Part shown: in pieces, positions 44,622 through 53,488 of the stretch | How the letters are laid out: each line of letters starts with the position of its first letter | Numbering within the stretch: position 1 is the stretch's first letter | Made by a program: the position numbers and the translations under genes | Notes under the pieces: model-generated | Seen by the model: the letters and a program-made list of their open reading frames with translations, nothing else | What the model was told of the DNA's origin: nothing | Database searches by the model: none | NCBI GenBank assembly: GCA_951812525.1 | Contig: OX638316.1 | Span: 1,706,630 to 1,770,629 of the forward strand | Origin: an uncultured Poribacteria bacterium | Lineage (GTDB): Bacteria; Poribacteria; WGA-4E; WGA-3G | Reading direction: 5' to 3' | Length of the DNA: 64,000 bases

Positions 44622-47120
44622 ATGAATGCGATGCAGTGGAATCTAAAAAAGATGCTTGTTGCTGTTGCCGTATTGACGGCGTTGTGGATTCCCGCAACAC
44701 AGGCTCAGAAAACAGCACCTTTGCAAACCTATACGCAAACATTGCACTGGAAAAATGGAGATGTCCTTCCGGGTAAGTTGTTGGAAAGTACGTCCGGAAC
44801 AATCCGCTGGATGTCACCGTACTTTTCAGATGATCTGGTTGTTGATATTGGTGTATTGGATTCGGTTGTTTTCTCCGAACAGTCTGGTCCGGCAACGGAA
44901 GATTTTCGCGTTGTGACTGTATCTGGAGATATCTGGATGGCTGACATAGTTGATTCGGATGTGGACACTTTTCTCTTTTCTAGTAAGCGACACGGTCAGT
45001 TTCGGGTAGACCGTGCGGCGATTTATACCCTTGAACGTCGGATCCATCCCAATCTTATTTTCGACGGTTCTCAGCTGGCGAATTGGAAATTGCCCAAGCG
45101 GAGTGAAAACCGTCCTGAGGTTCTGCTCAGTCGGAATGCGCGGCCGGATTGGTATGCGGATAGTGCTGGTCGTCCGCACACAGATAAAGTCAAATCAAAA
45201 ATCTTCCACGCCTTTGATTTACCCCAAAGTTTTGAGATTGACTTGGAATTCGCGTCTGCTGCGCGCCCTCCCGGTTTTGTTTTTGCGCTCGGCAAAAATC
45301 TTTACGATGCATTACGGTTGGAAACGTGGGTTAACGAATTAGTAGTCGTTCAAGGCACGCTGTTTGAGCCAGTATTGACGATTCAACCAGATCGGCGGAA
45401 TTTCCGTTTGCGTCTTGTTTATGATGGCGATGCTGGTGTATTGGAGATATTTGATTTTACTGGAAATTTGCTGCTGAAATTGGACAACGTTGAACAGGCG
45501 GTCAAGCCGTCTGGGCTCTATGTCTATAACCGGGGTCAAGATTTAACGGTGCAGCGGTTAAGAGTCTATCGGCGACCGACTAACCTTGCAAAACAGTCTG
45601 GTGATGCTTCCAAACCGCGGATTGATATGATGGATGGACGGGTGGTTTCCGGCGAGTTGTTTGTTGACGAAGCGAGTGCCTATATTCTTGATGCAGCTGG
45701 GACTCGGCGGGACGTTGATCTCCAACAGATTGACCGCCTCGTTCAGCCGGGTGCTGCACTAACCAAAACAGACTATCCCCTTGCTTTGACCTATCCCGAC
45801 GGTGCGGTTTTGCATGGCAAGATTACTCAAGTGAATGAAAATAGTGTGATGCTACAGACTGCCTTTGCGGACGAGCCGTTAATCTGCGCGTTTACCGGTG
45901 CTTTCGTGCTTCGGATAAAACTAGATCACGCTCGGATTCGTGAGCGGGTTGAAGATAAGGACAAATTGTTTCACCCGTTGGGGAATCTCCGCGGCAGCGT
46001 TTTGTTTGATGGGCAGAATGGCCCGTTAATTCGATGGAAACCCGTCGGGGCACTGGACGCAGTTCGGCTTGCGAATACTGGGACAATCCACATAGAGCGC
46101 AATAATAGACGGGCGTCGAAAGTGTGGCCCCATAATACGGCGCAGTTTGGGCATGTATTGCATTTAAAAAATGGAGAAAACATCCCGTGCCAGATCTCGG
46201 CTTACGACGGCACAAGGGTCAATTTTCAATCCCCTTTTATCAATGCACATCAGATGGGTTCGGCGTATGTGAAGGCTGTTGAATTCTTGGGTAGGACGCA
46301 TGCGAAAGGTATCGGTAATCCACGTAATAAACGGCGCAACGCGACACGAGGTCCTCGTTTTCTTTTAAAAGAAAATGGGGAAGTTAGATTCCTGGATCCC
46401 AAAGTTCAGAAAGTTGAAATAATCACCCGCAGAGAGGTGATGATCCCTGCTGGCGAAAAGAATAAACCTGAGGTGCGTAGGGTCGTTATACACAGAGGCG
46501 ATGAAGATGGTGAGAAAGTGGTGATAGATGGCGATAACATAGGAGATCTGAAGCCAGGGGAAGTCCTCATGCTTAAGGACCTCCCCGATTTCGGGAAGTG
46601 GGTTGAACTTGTCCCATCACATCAGGAACCTGAGCATGGCAAACTGGATGTGAAGTTGAAGCGAGCACTAACGGTTCCGCGTTTTAACCGCGATAGTCCG
46701 CCGAGCCACATTTTAGTGGCAGAGAACGGCGATATGAAGCGAGGGAAGTTTCTAAACTTCAACGGACAGACGGTTCAGTTTGATTCAAAGTTACGGCAGT
46801 TTTCCGTCCCTATTGACCGCGTGGCGCGGGTGGTCGAGATTAGCCGTCAGTCGTCAGCTATCAGTCGTGAGAAGGGTAATCAATCTTCTAGATCTGAGGT
46901 CGGTGTCAGGTTGACCGATGGTTCGATTCTGGTCTTTGCACCGCTTGAGGTGAAAGGTGAACAGTTGCTGGGACGCTCGTCAATCTACGGAGAGGTAGCG
47001 ATTCCTATTGGCAGTATTGAACACCTTTACTTCGGGGACACAACAGAACCTTTCAAAGGTCCTTTTGAAGCGTGGGTCGTCCGTCCAGCGAAAGAGCCAG
47101 CATTCGGCGAGAATCCGTAA
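44622..47120 (+). CDS. Large secreted hypothetical protein
   Basis: The ATG at 44622 gives the signal peptide MNAMQWNLKKMLVAVAVLTALWIPATQAQ (the track starts at 44553). 832 aa, no family recognised. Last gene of the MoxR operon. Confidence 0.5.
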   Translation: MNAMQWNLKKMLVAVAVLTALWIPATQAQKTAPLQTYTQTLHWKNGDVLPGKLLESTSGTIRWMSPYFSDDLVVDIGVLDSVVFSEQSGPATEDFRVVTVSGDIWMADIVDSDVDTFLFSSKRHGQFRVDRAAIYTLERRIHPNLIFDGSQLANWKLPKRSENRPEVLLSRNARPDWYADSAGRPHTDKVKSKIFHAFDLPQSFEIDLEFASAARPPGFVFALGKNLYDALRLETWVNELVVVQGTLFEPVLTIQPDRRNFRLRLVYDGDAGVLEIFDFTGNLLLKLDNVEQAVKPSGLYVYNRGQDLTVQRLRVYRRPTNLAKQSGDASKPRIDMMDGRVVSGELFVDEASAYILDAAGTRRDVDLQQIDRLVQPGAALTKTDYPLALTYPDGAVLHGKITQVNENSVMLQTAFADEPLICAFTGAFVLRIKLDHARIRERVEDKDKLFHPLGNLRGSVLFDGQNGPLIRWKPVGALDAVRLANTGTIHIERNNRRASKVWPHNTAQFGHVLHLKNGENIPCQISAYDGTRVNFQSPFINAHQMGSAYVKAVEFLGRTHAKGIGNPRNKRRNATRGPRFLLKENGEVRFLDPKVQKVEIITRREVMIPAGEKNKPEVRRVVIHRGDEDGEKVVIDGDNIGDLKPGEVLMLKDLPDFGKWVELVPSHQEPEHGKLDVKLKRALTVPRFNRDSPPSHILVAENGDMKRGKFLNFNGQTVQFDSKLRQFSVPIDRVARVVEISRQSSAISREKGNQSSRSEVGVRLTDGSILVFAPLEVKGEQLLGRSSIYGEVAIPIGSIEHLYFGDTTEPFKGPFEAWVVRPAKEPAFGENP

Positions 47121-47147
47121 ATAGTTGTCAGTTATCAGTTATCGGTT
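47121..47147 (+). repeat. TCAG-heptad tract
   Basis: atagttgTCAGTTATCAGTTATCGGTT lies directly after the TAA stop at 47118-47120. Confidence 0.6.
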
Positions 47148-47241
47148 CCAAGAAACTTCTTCTAACGGGTGTATGGATAAAAAAGAGTCGTGATTTGGGG
47201 ATTGCTCCTGCCTTTAGTTTTGACGAATCGTCAGATTTTCC

Positions 47242-47270
47242 TTAATCAAAAAGAGAGGATTTGATACAAT
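47242..47270 (+). promoter_or_regulatory. Sigma70-like promoter with an extended -10
   Basis: TTAATC, a 17 nt spacer (aaaaagagaggatttga), then TACAAT, about 50 nt upstream of the ATG at 47321. Confidence 0.4.
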
Positions 47271-47320
47271 GATTCGTAAGGATTCTTAGTCGGCAGAAGG
47301 AAATGGCGGTGAGAAAATAG

Positions 47321-49234
47321 ATGCGCTTAAGGGCGGTTCTAATCGGTTTGGCGTTAGTTGTTATACAAACGGCAATCACCCCCTATAACGACTACTATCT
47401 CCAAGGGACGGATATCTCAGGAAATCATTTTCCTTTGGGAGCAGTATTTACACTCATTTTTCTCACCTTTGTTATCAACCCAATTCTGAAGAAAATATTT
47501 CCTCGTGCGGTGCTAAATCCAGCGGAATTGATGATCATCTGGGTAATGATGGGTGTCAGTTCAGCGATTCCGTCGAAAGGAATGATCGGGTACTTGCTTC
47601 CCTATTTGGCGGCACCCGTCTACTTTGCGACACCTGAAAACGAATGGGCTGAGACACTTCACCGACACTTCCCCCAATGGCTCATTGTCTGGGATGAGGG
47701 TGCCGTTACCGATTTTTACGAGGGCGAAGCTTTTGTTCCTTGGGCACTCTGGGTGAAGCCACTCTTGGCTTGGACGGCTTTTATCCTTCTGTTCTATTCT
47801 CTAATAATTTGTGTGTCCATTGTGTTACGGAAACAGTGGGTTGAGCGCGAAAGATTCATATTTCCGCTCGTTACTGTACCTGTAGAAATGGTTCAACAAG
47901 CCCCAACCGGCGGCGGTCTGAGTGGTCTTTTCACGAATCGACTGATGTGGGTAGGGTTCGGGATCGCTGCCTTTTTTCACCTACTCAACGGACTCCACGA
48001 GTATTTCCCTGCACTCCCGCGCATTCCAAACCGATATGACCTGTACACCCCGTTCACGGAACGCCCATGGATTGTGATGGGTTGGTGGCCCCAATTTCGG
48101 TTCTTTCTCTATTTCTCTGTTATCGGTATAACATACTTTCTCGCCATGGACGTGTCGTTCAGCTGCTGGTTTTTCTTCCTATTTTTCAAGCTCCAGTATA
48201 TTATTATCAACGCTTTTGCCATCCCTATCAGCCCGTGGATCTCTGCGAGAGGACAGACGATGGCTGCTTATGTGGTTATGGTTGTTGCTTTCCTGCTGAA
48301 CAGTCGCGCCCATATCAAGGACCTCTTGAAGCGGACGTTTCTGGAGTCCACTACCTCTACAACAATCGACGATTCAGGTGAAGTGTTGCCATATAGATGG
48401 GCAGTTCTAGGAACGATTTTGAGTTTCCTACTCCTTGTGGCACTCTGTGTCTACGCCGGGATGTCGTTTTGGATTGCTTGTAGTATTATTATCTTGTTCC
48501 TAATTGCTTCTACGGCGCTGTCGTGGATGGTGGTCAACGGGGGAATGCTACTGATCCAAGCACCAATGTACCCTGTAGAATACTTCGAGATTATTGCTGG
48601 TTCGAGAGTCGTTGACGCAAACAGTTTAGCACTCTTAGGGTTTCAGCGGGTGATGATGCGGGACTGGGGCGGTATTTTGATGCCGAGTGTTCTGCACGGA
48701 TTCAAAGCGGCTGACCCGTTTCGATTAAATCGGAGAAGTATCCTCGGTGCAATGGTACTTGCGATTGTCGTTGCTATCGGTGTTTCCTACGCTGCGTCGT
48801 TGCCTTTGATTTATGAAAAGGGAGGCTTAAATCTCCAAAGAGGTCCCTTCGTCGGATCACCGAGATATTTCAATCATATCGTTTCGCTGATTCAGTATCC
48901 GAAGGACCCTAAATTAGGAGAGGCGTACAGTATGGCTTTAGGGGTTGGTATCACTGGCTTTCTGCTGATTATGCAGCGTCAATTTATGTGGTGGCAGCTT
49001 CATCCAATTGGATATGTGATGGGTGCGGTTTACTCATCTTATTTCCTCTGGTCTTGTATCTTTGTCGGGTGGTTCTTGAAGTATCTTGCGCTGAAATCGG
49101 GCGGACTCGGATACTATCGGAGGTTTCGACCGCTGTTTATGGGATTCGTTATTGGTGAGTTTGGTATTGTAGGGGTTTGGATGGTGATTGGGATGTTTAC
49201 CGGTGTGAATTACCAGAACGCATTACCAGGTTAA
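47321..49234 (+). CDS. Polytopic integral membrane protein of unknown function
   Basis: 637 aa with a dozen or more long hydrophobic segments throughout. No transporter signature recognised. Confidence 0.6.
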   Translation: MRLRAVLIGLALVVIQTAITPYNDYYLQGTDISGNHFPLGAVFTLIFLTFVINPILKKIFPRAVLNPAELMIIWVMMGVSSAIPSKGMIGYLLPYLAAPVYFATPENEWAETLHRHFPQWLIVWDEGAVTDFYEGEAFVPWALWVKPLLAWTAFILLFYSLIICVSIVLRKQWVERERFIFPLVTVPVEMVQQAPTGGGLSGLFTNRLMWVGFGIAAFFHLLNGLHEYFPALPRIPNRYDLYTPFTERPWIVMGWWPQFRFFLYFSVIGITYFLAMDVSFSCWFFFLFFKLQYIIINAFAIPISPWISARGQTMAAYVVMVVAFLLNSRAHIKDLLKRTFLESTTSTTIDDSGEVLPYRWAVLGTILSFLLLVALCVYAGMSFWIACSIIILFLIASTALSWMVVNGGMLLIQAPMYPVEYFEIIAGSRVVDANSLALLGFQRVMMRDWGGILMPSVLHGFKAADPFRLNRRSILGAMVLAIVVAIGVSYAASLPLIYEKGGLNLQRGPFVGSPRYFNHIVSLIQYPKDPKLGEAYSMALGVGITGFLLIMQRQFMWWQLHPIGYVMGAVYSSYFLWSCIFVGWFLKYLALKSGGLGYYRRFRPLFMGFVIGEFGIVGVWMVIGMFTGVNYQNALPG

Positions 49235-49330
49235 TTGTTGTTTGACGATTACAATTCTACCGATAATTCGGATTTTCTACTGCTTTTTTGAAATTATGCA
49301 TAGTTTCCGCCAGAAATTGTGTCATTAACG

Positions 49331-49507
49331 ATTAAATGAGGTTGGTTCATAAGTCCAGAGAAGACACACGATAGCGTTCCCCTTGTAGCACAAACTGTTA
49401 GATTGTGTCTTGTGGACAGCACTATCTACTGTGTCGCGTCTGGCAGCCCGCAAACTAACAGTTTGCGGTACAATAGCACTGTGAAAGTGAACCATCCTCA
49501 ATTAAAT
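49331..49507 (+). other. Structured leader or MITE-like element bounded by about 20-bp imperfect inverted repeats
   Basis: ATTAAATGAGGTTGGTTCA (49331-49349) pairs with TGAACCATCCTCAATTAAAT (49488-49507). Mutually exclusive internal helices are present; see the finding at 49331-49507. Confidence 0.4.
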
Positions 49508-49534
49508 AGCCAGGTTTAAAGGAGCAGTGAAATT

Positions 49535-50218
49535 ATGCAACGCCATCTGTTTTTTCTAAGAGAAATCTATCGAGTATTAGTTCCGAGTCCTTCATATGTG
49601 GCTGTGTGCATTTATGTCGCTTCAATAGTTTTCATAGTTTTGGCAGTCAGTTGCGGTCCACCACCTAAAGGACAATACTATATCCCCGAAACGGTATCTG
49701 CCGCTGCTACGAAGGCGACATCTACACAATCCGGACAGACCGCAGCGAGTTTACCGGAAGCCGCTTCAGTCGATTTGCGCCAACTACCTTACGTCAGAAA
49801 TGCCTTCAAAGAGCCTCAGAGCGTTGGTAGAGGCGGACTCGAGGATTTTTATGCCTCAACACGGGGTAAGGTGCAGCATATCGCTATTATTTCCAGCAAT
49901 TCGATTGATATCCTGAAGGCATTTGTCGCGAAAGGCTGGACCCCTATTGTGATGGTTCAATTACAAGGACGAAGACCGGAAATTTTACCGATGTCTGCTT
50001 ACGACGATCGGTCAAGCGAGGTGTTCCTTCAAAACCCGGTTAATCTTGGCGAGCGTCGAGTGAATTATAAGAATTTTGAGATGTATTGGGCGGCGAGTTC
50101 TCGGAACAAATGTATTTTGATTACACCACAGCAGCTCACAGAAGCAAACGTTCGGCAGGTGTTAGGAAGATATTTACCTGCAGAAGTGTTCAGTGGGATT
50201 AGCGTGAGAAGTCGCTAA
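49535..50218 (+). CDS. Hypothetical lipoprotein
   Basis: 227 aa. An N-terminal hydrophobic helix ends in the lipobox-like LAVSCG, followed by a Ser/Thr/Ala-rich linker and a globular C-terminal domain. Confidence 0.45.
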   Translation: MQRHLFFLREIYRVLVPSPSYVAVCIYVASIVFIVLAVSCGPPPKGQYYIPETVSAAATKATSTQSGQTAASLPEAASVDLRQLPYVRNAFKEPQSVGRGGLEDFYASTRGKVQHIAIISSNSIDILKAFVAKGWTPIVMVQLQGRRPEILPMSAYDDRSSEVFLQNPVNLGERRVNYKNFEMYWAASSRNKCILITPQQLTEANVRQVLGRYLPAEVFSGISVRSR

Positions 50219-50290
50219 TACTAAGGGGTCTATTCATTGTTTAAACGCTTATGGTAAATGATAAAAATGAATAGACACTTTCACCCACCA

Positions 50291-50314
50291 GTAGGCGAGG
50301 TTTCCTAACCTCGC
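50291..50314. repeat. REP-like hairpin element, copy c (opposite orientation)
   Basis: GTAG-GCGAGGTT-TCCT-AACCTCGC followed by TGATTT. The loop TCCT is the reverse complement of the AGGA loop of copy a. Confidence 0.7.
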
Positions 50315-50393
50315 TGATTTACAAGATCCAATTAATTCTAAAATCTACTATAGTTGGGCAGCCTATATTTGCTTAATCTGAAGGAGAGATAAG

Positions 50394-51104
50394 ATGAAGG
50401 CATATAATAGTTTATATGGGTTCGGGAAAATACTGTTGTTGATGCCAGTGTTTCTGTCTTTGGCGTGCGCGAAATTGGGACCGATGTTAGTTGAGTCGAA
50501 TGAGCCTTACCATTTTCGGGAAACACGATGGGGCTACACGCAGGAACGCGTATTGCTGGCGGAATCAGGGAAACGGTTATTCCTGCGGAAAGGGAACACG
50601 CTTGTTTTCAACCATCATCTCGTCAATATACCTGTGAAGATCGTTTATACCTTTAAGGATAACCGGCTGCGAGCGGCGGGTTATATCACAGATCAACCCG
50701 TGCAGGGTGCTAAGAACATTATCAAGCGGAGTGTTGAAGAACTTGGGGAGCCGACCCAGGTCCTCAATGAAGGAATGCTGTGGTTGGACGACGAGACACT
50801 TATTTATTCCAACGCGTATGTTTCTCGAGTCGGTATCAGCAATGCAGAATATAACTTTTCGGGTGGTATTCTGTCTCATATTTTGGAGGCACGTGGAGCA
50901 GCAGGGGTTATTAACAGATGGGATGGTGTGTGGGCTTATGTAGACCAAGACTTCTATAAGGAGTTACACGAGGTGTATGTCCCTTTAGATGAACTGTCAT
51001 TCTACGAAAAGTTGTTGTTTGGGGTGCTGAAAAGAAATACGATTTATACCTACGTCACGGGTTCTGGGCGACTCTCCGTTCCACGACAACTTCCCACGAA
51101 CTGA
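50394..51104 (+). CDS. Hypothetical lipoprotein
   Basis: 236 aa with a signal peptide and lipobox (VFLSLACAK). Confidence 0.45.
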   Translation: MKAYNSLYGFGKILLLMPVFLSLACAKLGPMLVESNEPYHFRETRWGYTQERVLLAESGKRLFLRKGNTLVFNHHLVNIPVKIVYTFKDNRLRAAGYITDQPVQGAKNIIKRSVEELGEPTQVLNEGMLWLDDETLIYSNAYVSRVGISNAEYNFSGGILSHILEARGAAGVINRWDGVWAYVDQDFYKELHEVYVPLDELSFYEKLLFGVLKRNTIYTYVTGSGRLSVPRQLPTN

Positions 51105-51161
51105 TCCAATTTTGCTTGGAAGGGAATAGGTGAGTATTGCGTTGACGAGGAGGATAGAACC

Positions 51162-52154
51162 GTGAAGTTGACATTTCCTAAGCAAATTCTAAGGTGGATT
51201 TTTACATTACTGGTGGGTCTTCTCACAGTATTGACAAGTCAGATCCACGCCGATACTATGAAGATTGCCTTTTACTCAAGTCGGGATTTTGGTGAGGTTA
51301 GAGTTAATAATTTTGCTAAAATTAAATTTAATATCTATGTGATGGATATCGATGGGAAAAACCCTATCAGACTCACAAAAAGTTCAGCATCAGACACCGG
51401 TCCCACTTGGTCTCCAGACGGCAAACGAATCGCTTTTACCTCGAATCCTAACGGCGTTTATGACATCTATGTGATGAACGCTGATGGTTCTAACATCACC
51501 AATCTCACGCGAAGTCCGACAGGAGATTTTGGTGCTGACTGGTCTCCAGATGGCAAACGTATCGCCTATGGTTCAAACCGCGGTGGGAATGAAGAGATCT
51601 ATGTCATGAATGCGGATGGCACCAATCAGACGAATCTCACACAACATCCAAAACCAGACCGTCATCCAGATTGGTCTCCAGATGGAACAAAAATCGCCTT
51701 CACCTCGGAGCGCGATGGAAATCATGAAATCTATGTGATGAAAGTTAGTGGTGGCAGACCAATTCGACTCACTGAAAACTTCGCATGGGACAGGGCTGCT
51801 GCGTGGTCTCCAGATGGGGAACAAATCGCCTTCGCTTCAAGCCGTGATGGTGTCGGTTTTGAAATCTATATGATGGATGCGGATGGCTCCAACCCAACTC
51901 GGTTAACTAACACCGGAGCGGCGATAGTTTATGGTCCTTCGTGGTCTCTAGATGGCAAGCGAATCGCTTTTACGTCAAACCCAAATGGTGTTGATGACAT
52001 CTATGTAATGAACGCTGATGGTTCCAAGCCCATCAACCTTACTGAAAATCAGGATGGAAGGAATAGAGGGGCGGCATGGCAGCCACTACCATTAGCAGTT
52101 TCGCCACTGGAAAAGTTGGTGATGCTGTGGGGAACGATTAAAACTGAGCGGTAA
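51162..52154 (+). CDS. PD40/TolB-like beta-propeller repeat protein
   Basis: 330 aa. It has a signal peptide, then six or more repeats of IYVMNADGSNxTNLT...WSPDGKRIAF. Confidence 0.8.
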   Translation: MKLTFPKQILRWIFTLLVGLLTVLTSQIHADTMKIAFYSSRDFGEVRVNNFAKIKFNIYVMDIDGKNPIRLTKSSASDTGPTWSPDGKRIAFTSNPNGVYDIYVMNADGSNITNLTRSPTGDFGADWSPDGKRIAYGSNRGGNEEIYVMNADGTNQTNLTQHPKPDRHPDWSPDGTKIAFTSERDGNHEIYVMKVSGGRPIRLTENFAWDRAAAWSPDGEQIAFASSRDGVGFEIYMMDADGSNPTRLTNTGAAIVYGPSWSLDGKRIAFTSNPNGVDDIYVMNADGSKPINLTENQDGRNRGAAWQPLPLAVSPLEKLVMLWGTIKTER

Positions 52155-52165
52155 AAATGTTAAGT

Positions 52166-52187
52166 GGCGAGGCACAGAGACCTCGCC
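52166..52187. repeat. GC-rich hairpin between convergent genes (REP-related, probable terminator)
   Basis: GGCGAGG-cacagaga-CCTCGCC. It has the same stem sequence as REP copy c but a different loop. Confidence 0.5.
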
Positions 52188-52235
52188 CAACACTGTTGTC
52201 GGTGTGCAATTGGGAAACCTCGAATGGCAGAAAAT

Positions 52236-53369
52236 TTAGGAGACACCGAAGTGATCGGATCCAGGCATGAGGTGTTCTCTTGCGACATCTGCGTTTATTT
52301 CAATACCCAATCCGGGCTGCTCTGGTACGACAAATACGCTATCTTGCATGAGCGGTTCATTGGAAATTGCGAGATCCCATCGCCACTCGACCTGATCAGC
52401 GTGATATGGGAGTTCCATGACAATGAAATTCCGCACAGCGGCACAGACGTGTGCTGTCGCTGTCATTCCGATGGGTGATGTGATGTTGTGTGCTGCAAAC
52501 GGAATATAGTAGAGATCCGCCAGATCCGCAATTTTCTTCGCCTCAAGTATTCCACCTGTTCCAGAGACATCGACATGCAGCATATCACAGGCTTGCGTCT
52601 GGATTAGTTCTCTGAAGCCGTCGCGTCGGAACAAGAACTCACCGGTACAGATCGGAATGGAAGTTGCGGCAGTGACCTTCGCCATCGCTTCGACGTTATC
52701 ATTCGGTACGGGGTCTTCCAAAAACATCAAATCGAACGGCTCTAAACGTTCCGCAAGTTTCATCGCAGAGTGGGTGCTGAATAGGCTGTGACAGTCGATA
52801 CTGATGTCGATTGCATCACCGGCAGCCTCGCGTGCGGCGGCGACCAAGGATGTCATTTTTTGCAGTTCTGCTGTACTTAATTCTCGATTGACCACATCCT
52901 GCTTGAGTTCGTTTGCGGAGTTATCTATGTCGAATTTGATTGCTTGGTAACCGTCTGCAACGCCTTCTCTGGCGCGCTGTGCCCATCCTTCCGGTGTATT
53001 TCCCTTTCCGTGTCCGACATCGGCGTAAAGTCGAATACGGTCGCGGTATTTCCCACCCAACAACTGATAAACTGGCACGCCGAGGCTTTTTCCGAGCAGA
53101 TCCCACAGTGCTGTTTCTATCCCACCGATAGCCGATAGACCCATGGCGTATCGGGTACTCGCTGCACCGATCATCCGGTTATAGAGCGGTTCTATGTTTC
53201 TCGGATCTGCCCCAACGAGTATCCTTTTGAATTGCAGAATAATTTCGGCGATTCCTGCCCCAGGATGCGCCTCGCCTATCCCTGTCAATCCAGTATCGGT
53301 TTCAATCTGGACGTAGTTCCACTGTTTGTAGCCTTTTAACGTCATCGCTTTTACGTCGGTGATCTTCAT
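52236..53369 (-). CDS. Enolase-superfamily enzyme (mandelate racemase/muconate lactonizing enzyme family, sugar-acid dehydratase-like)
   Basis: It begins MKITDVKAMTLKG at the ATG at 53369 (the track starts at 53387). Metal ligands lie in KFDID, MFLEDP and a later E, and the C-terminal barrel is family-typical. Confidence 0.85.
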   Translation of the reverse strand: MKITDVKAMTLKGYKQWNYVQIETDTGLTGIGEAHPGAGIAEIILQFKRILVGADPRNIEPLYNRMIGAASTRYAMGLSAIGGIETALWDLLGKSLGVPVYQLLGGKYRDRIRLYADVGHGKGNTPEGWAQRAREGVADGYQAIKFDIDNSANELKQDVVNRELSTAELQKMTSLVAAAREAAGDAIDISIDCHSLFSTHSAMKLAERLEPFDLMFLEDPVPNDNVEAMAKVTAATSIPICTGEFLFRRDGFRELIQTQACDMLHVDVSGTGGILEAKKIADLADLYYIPFAAHNITSPIGMTATAHVCAAVRNFIVMELPYHADQVEWRWDLAISNEPLMQDSVFVVPEQPGLGIEINADVAREHLMPGSDHFGVS

Positions 53370-53488
53370 ATCTGGTTCCCTTCGCATATAAGGTGGTTAA
53401 AAAAACGATAGCTATTGCGTCTGCTGCGTATTCATGATAACATACCTTTTGAGATTGTGCAACAGCGATAGAAGGAGAAAAACTACTA

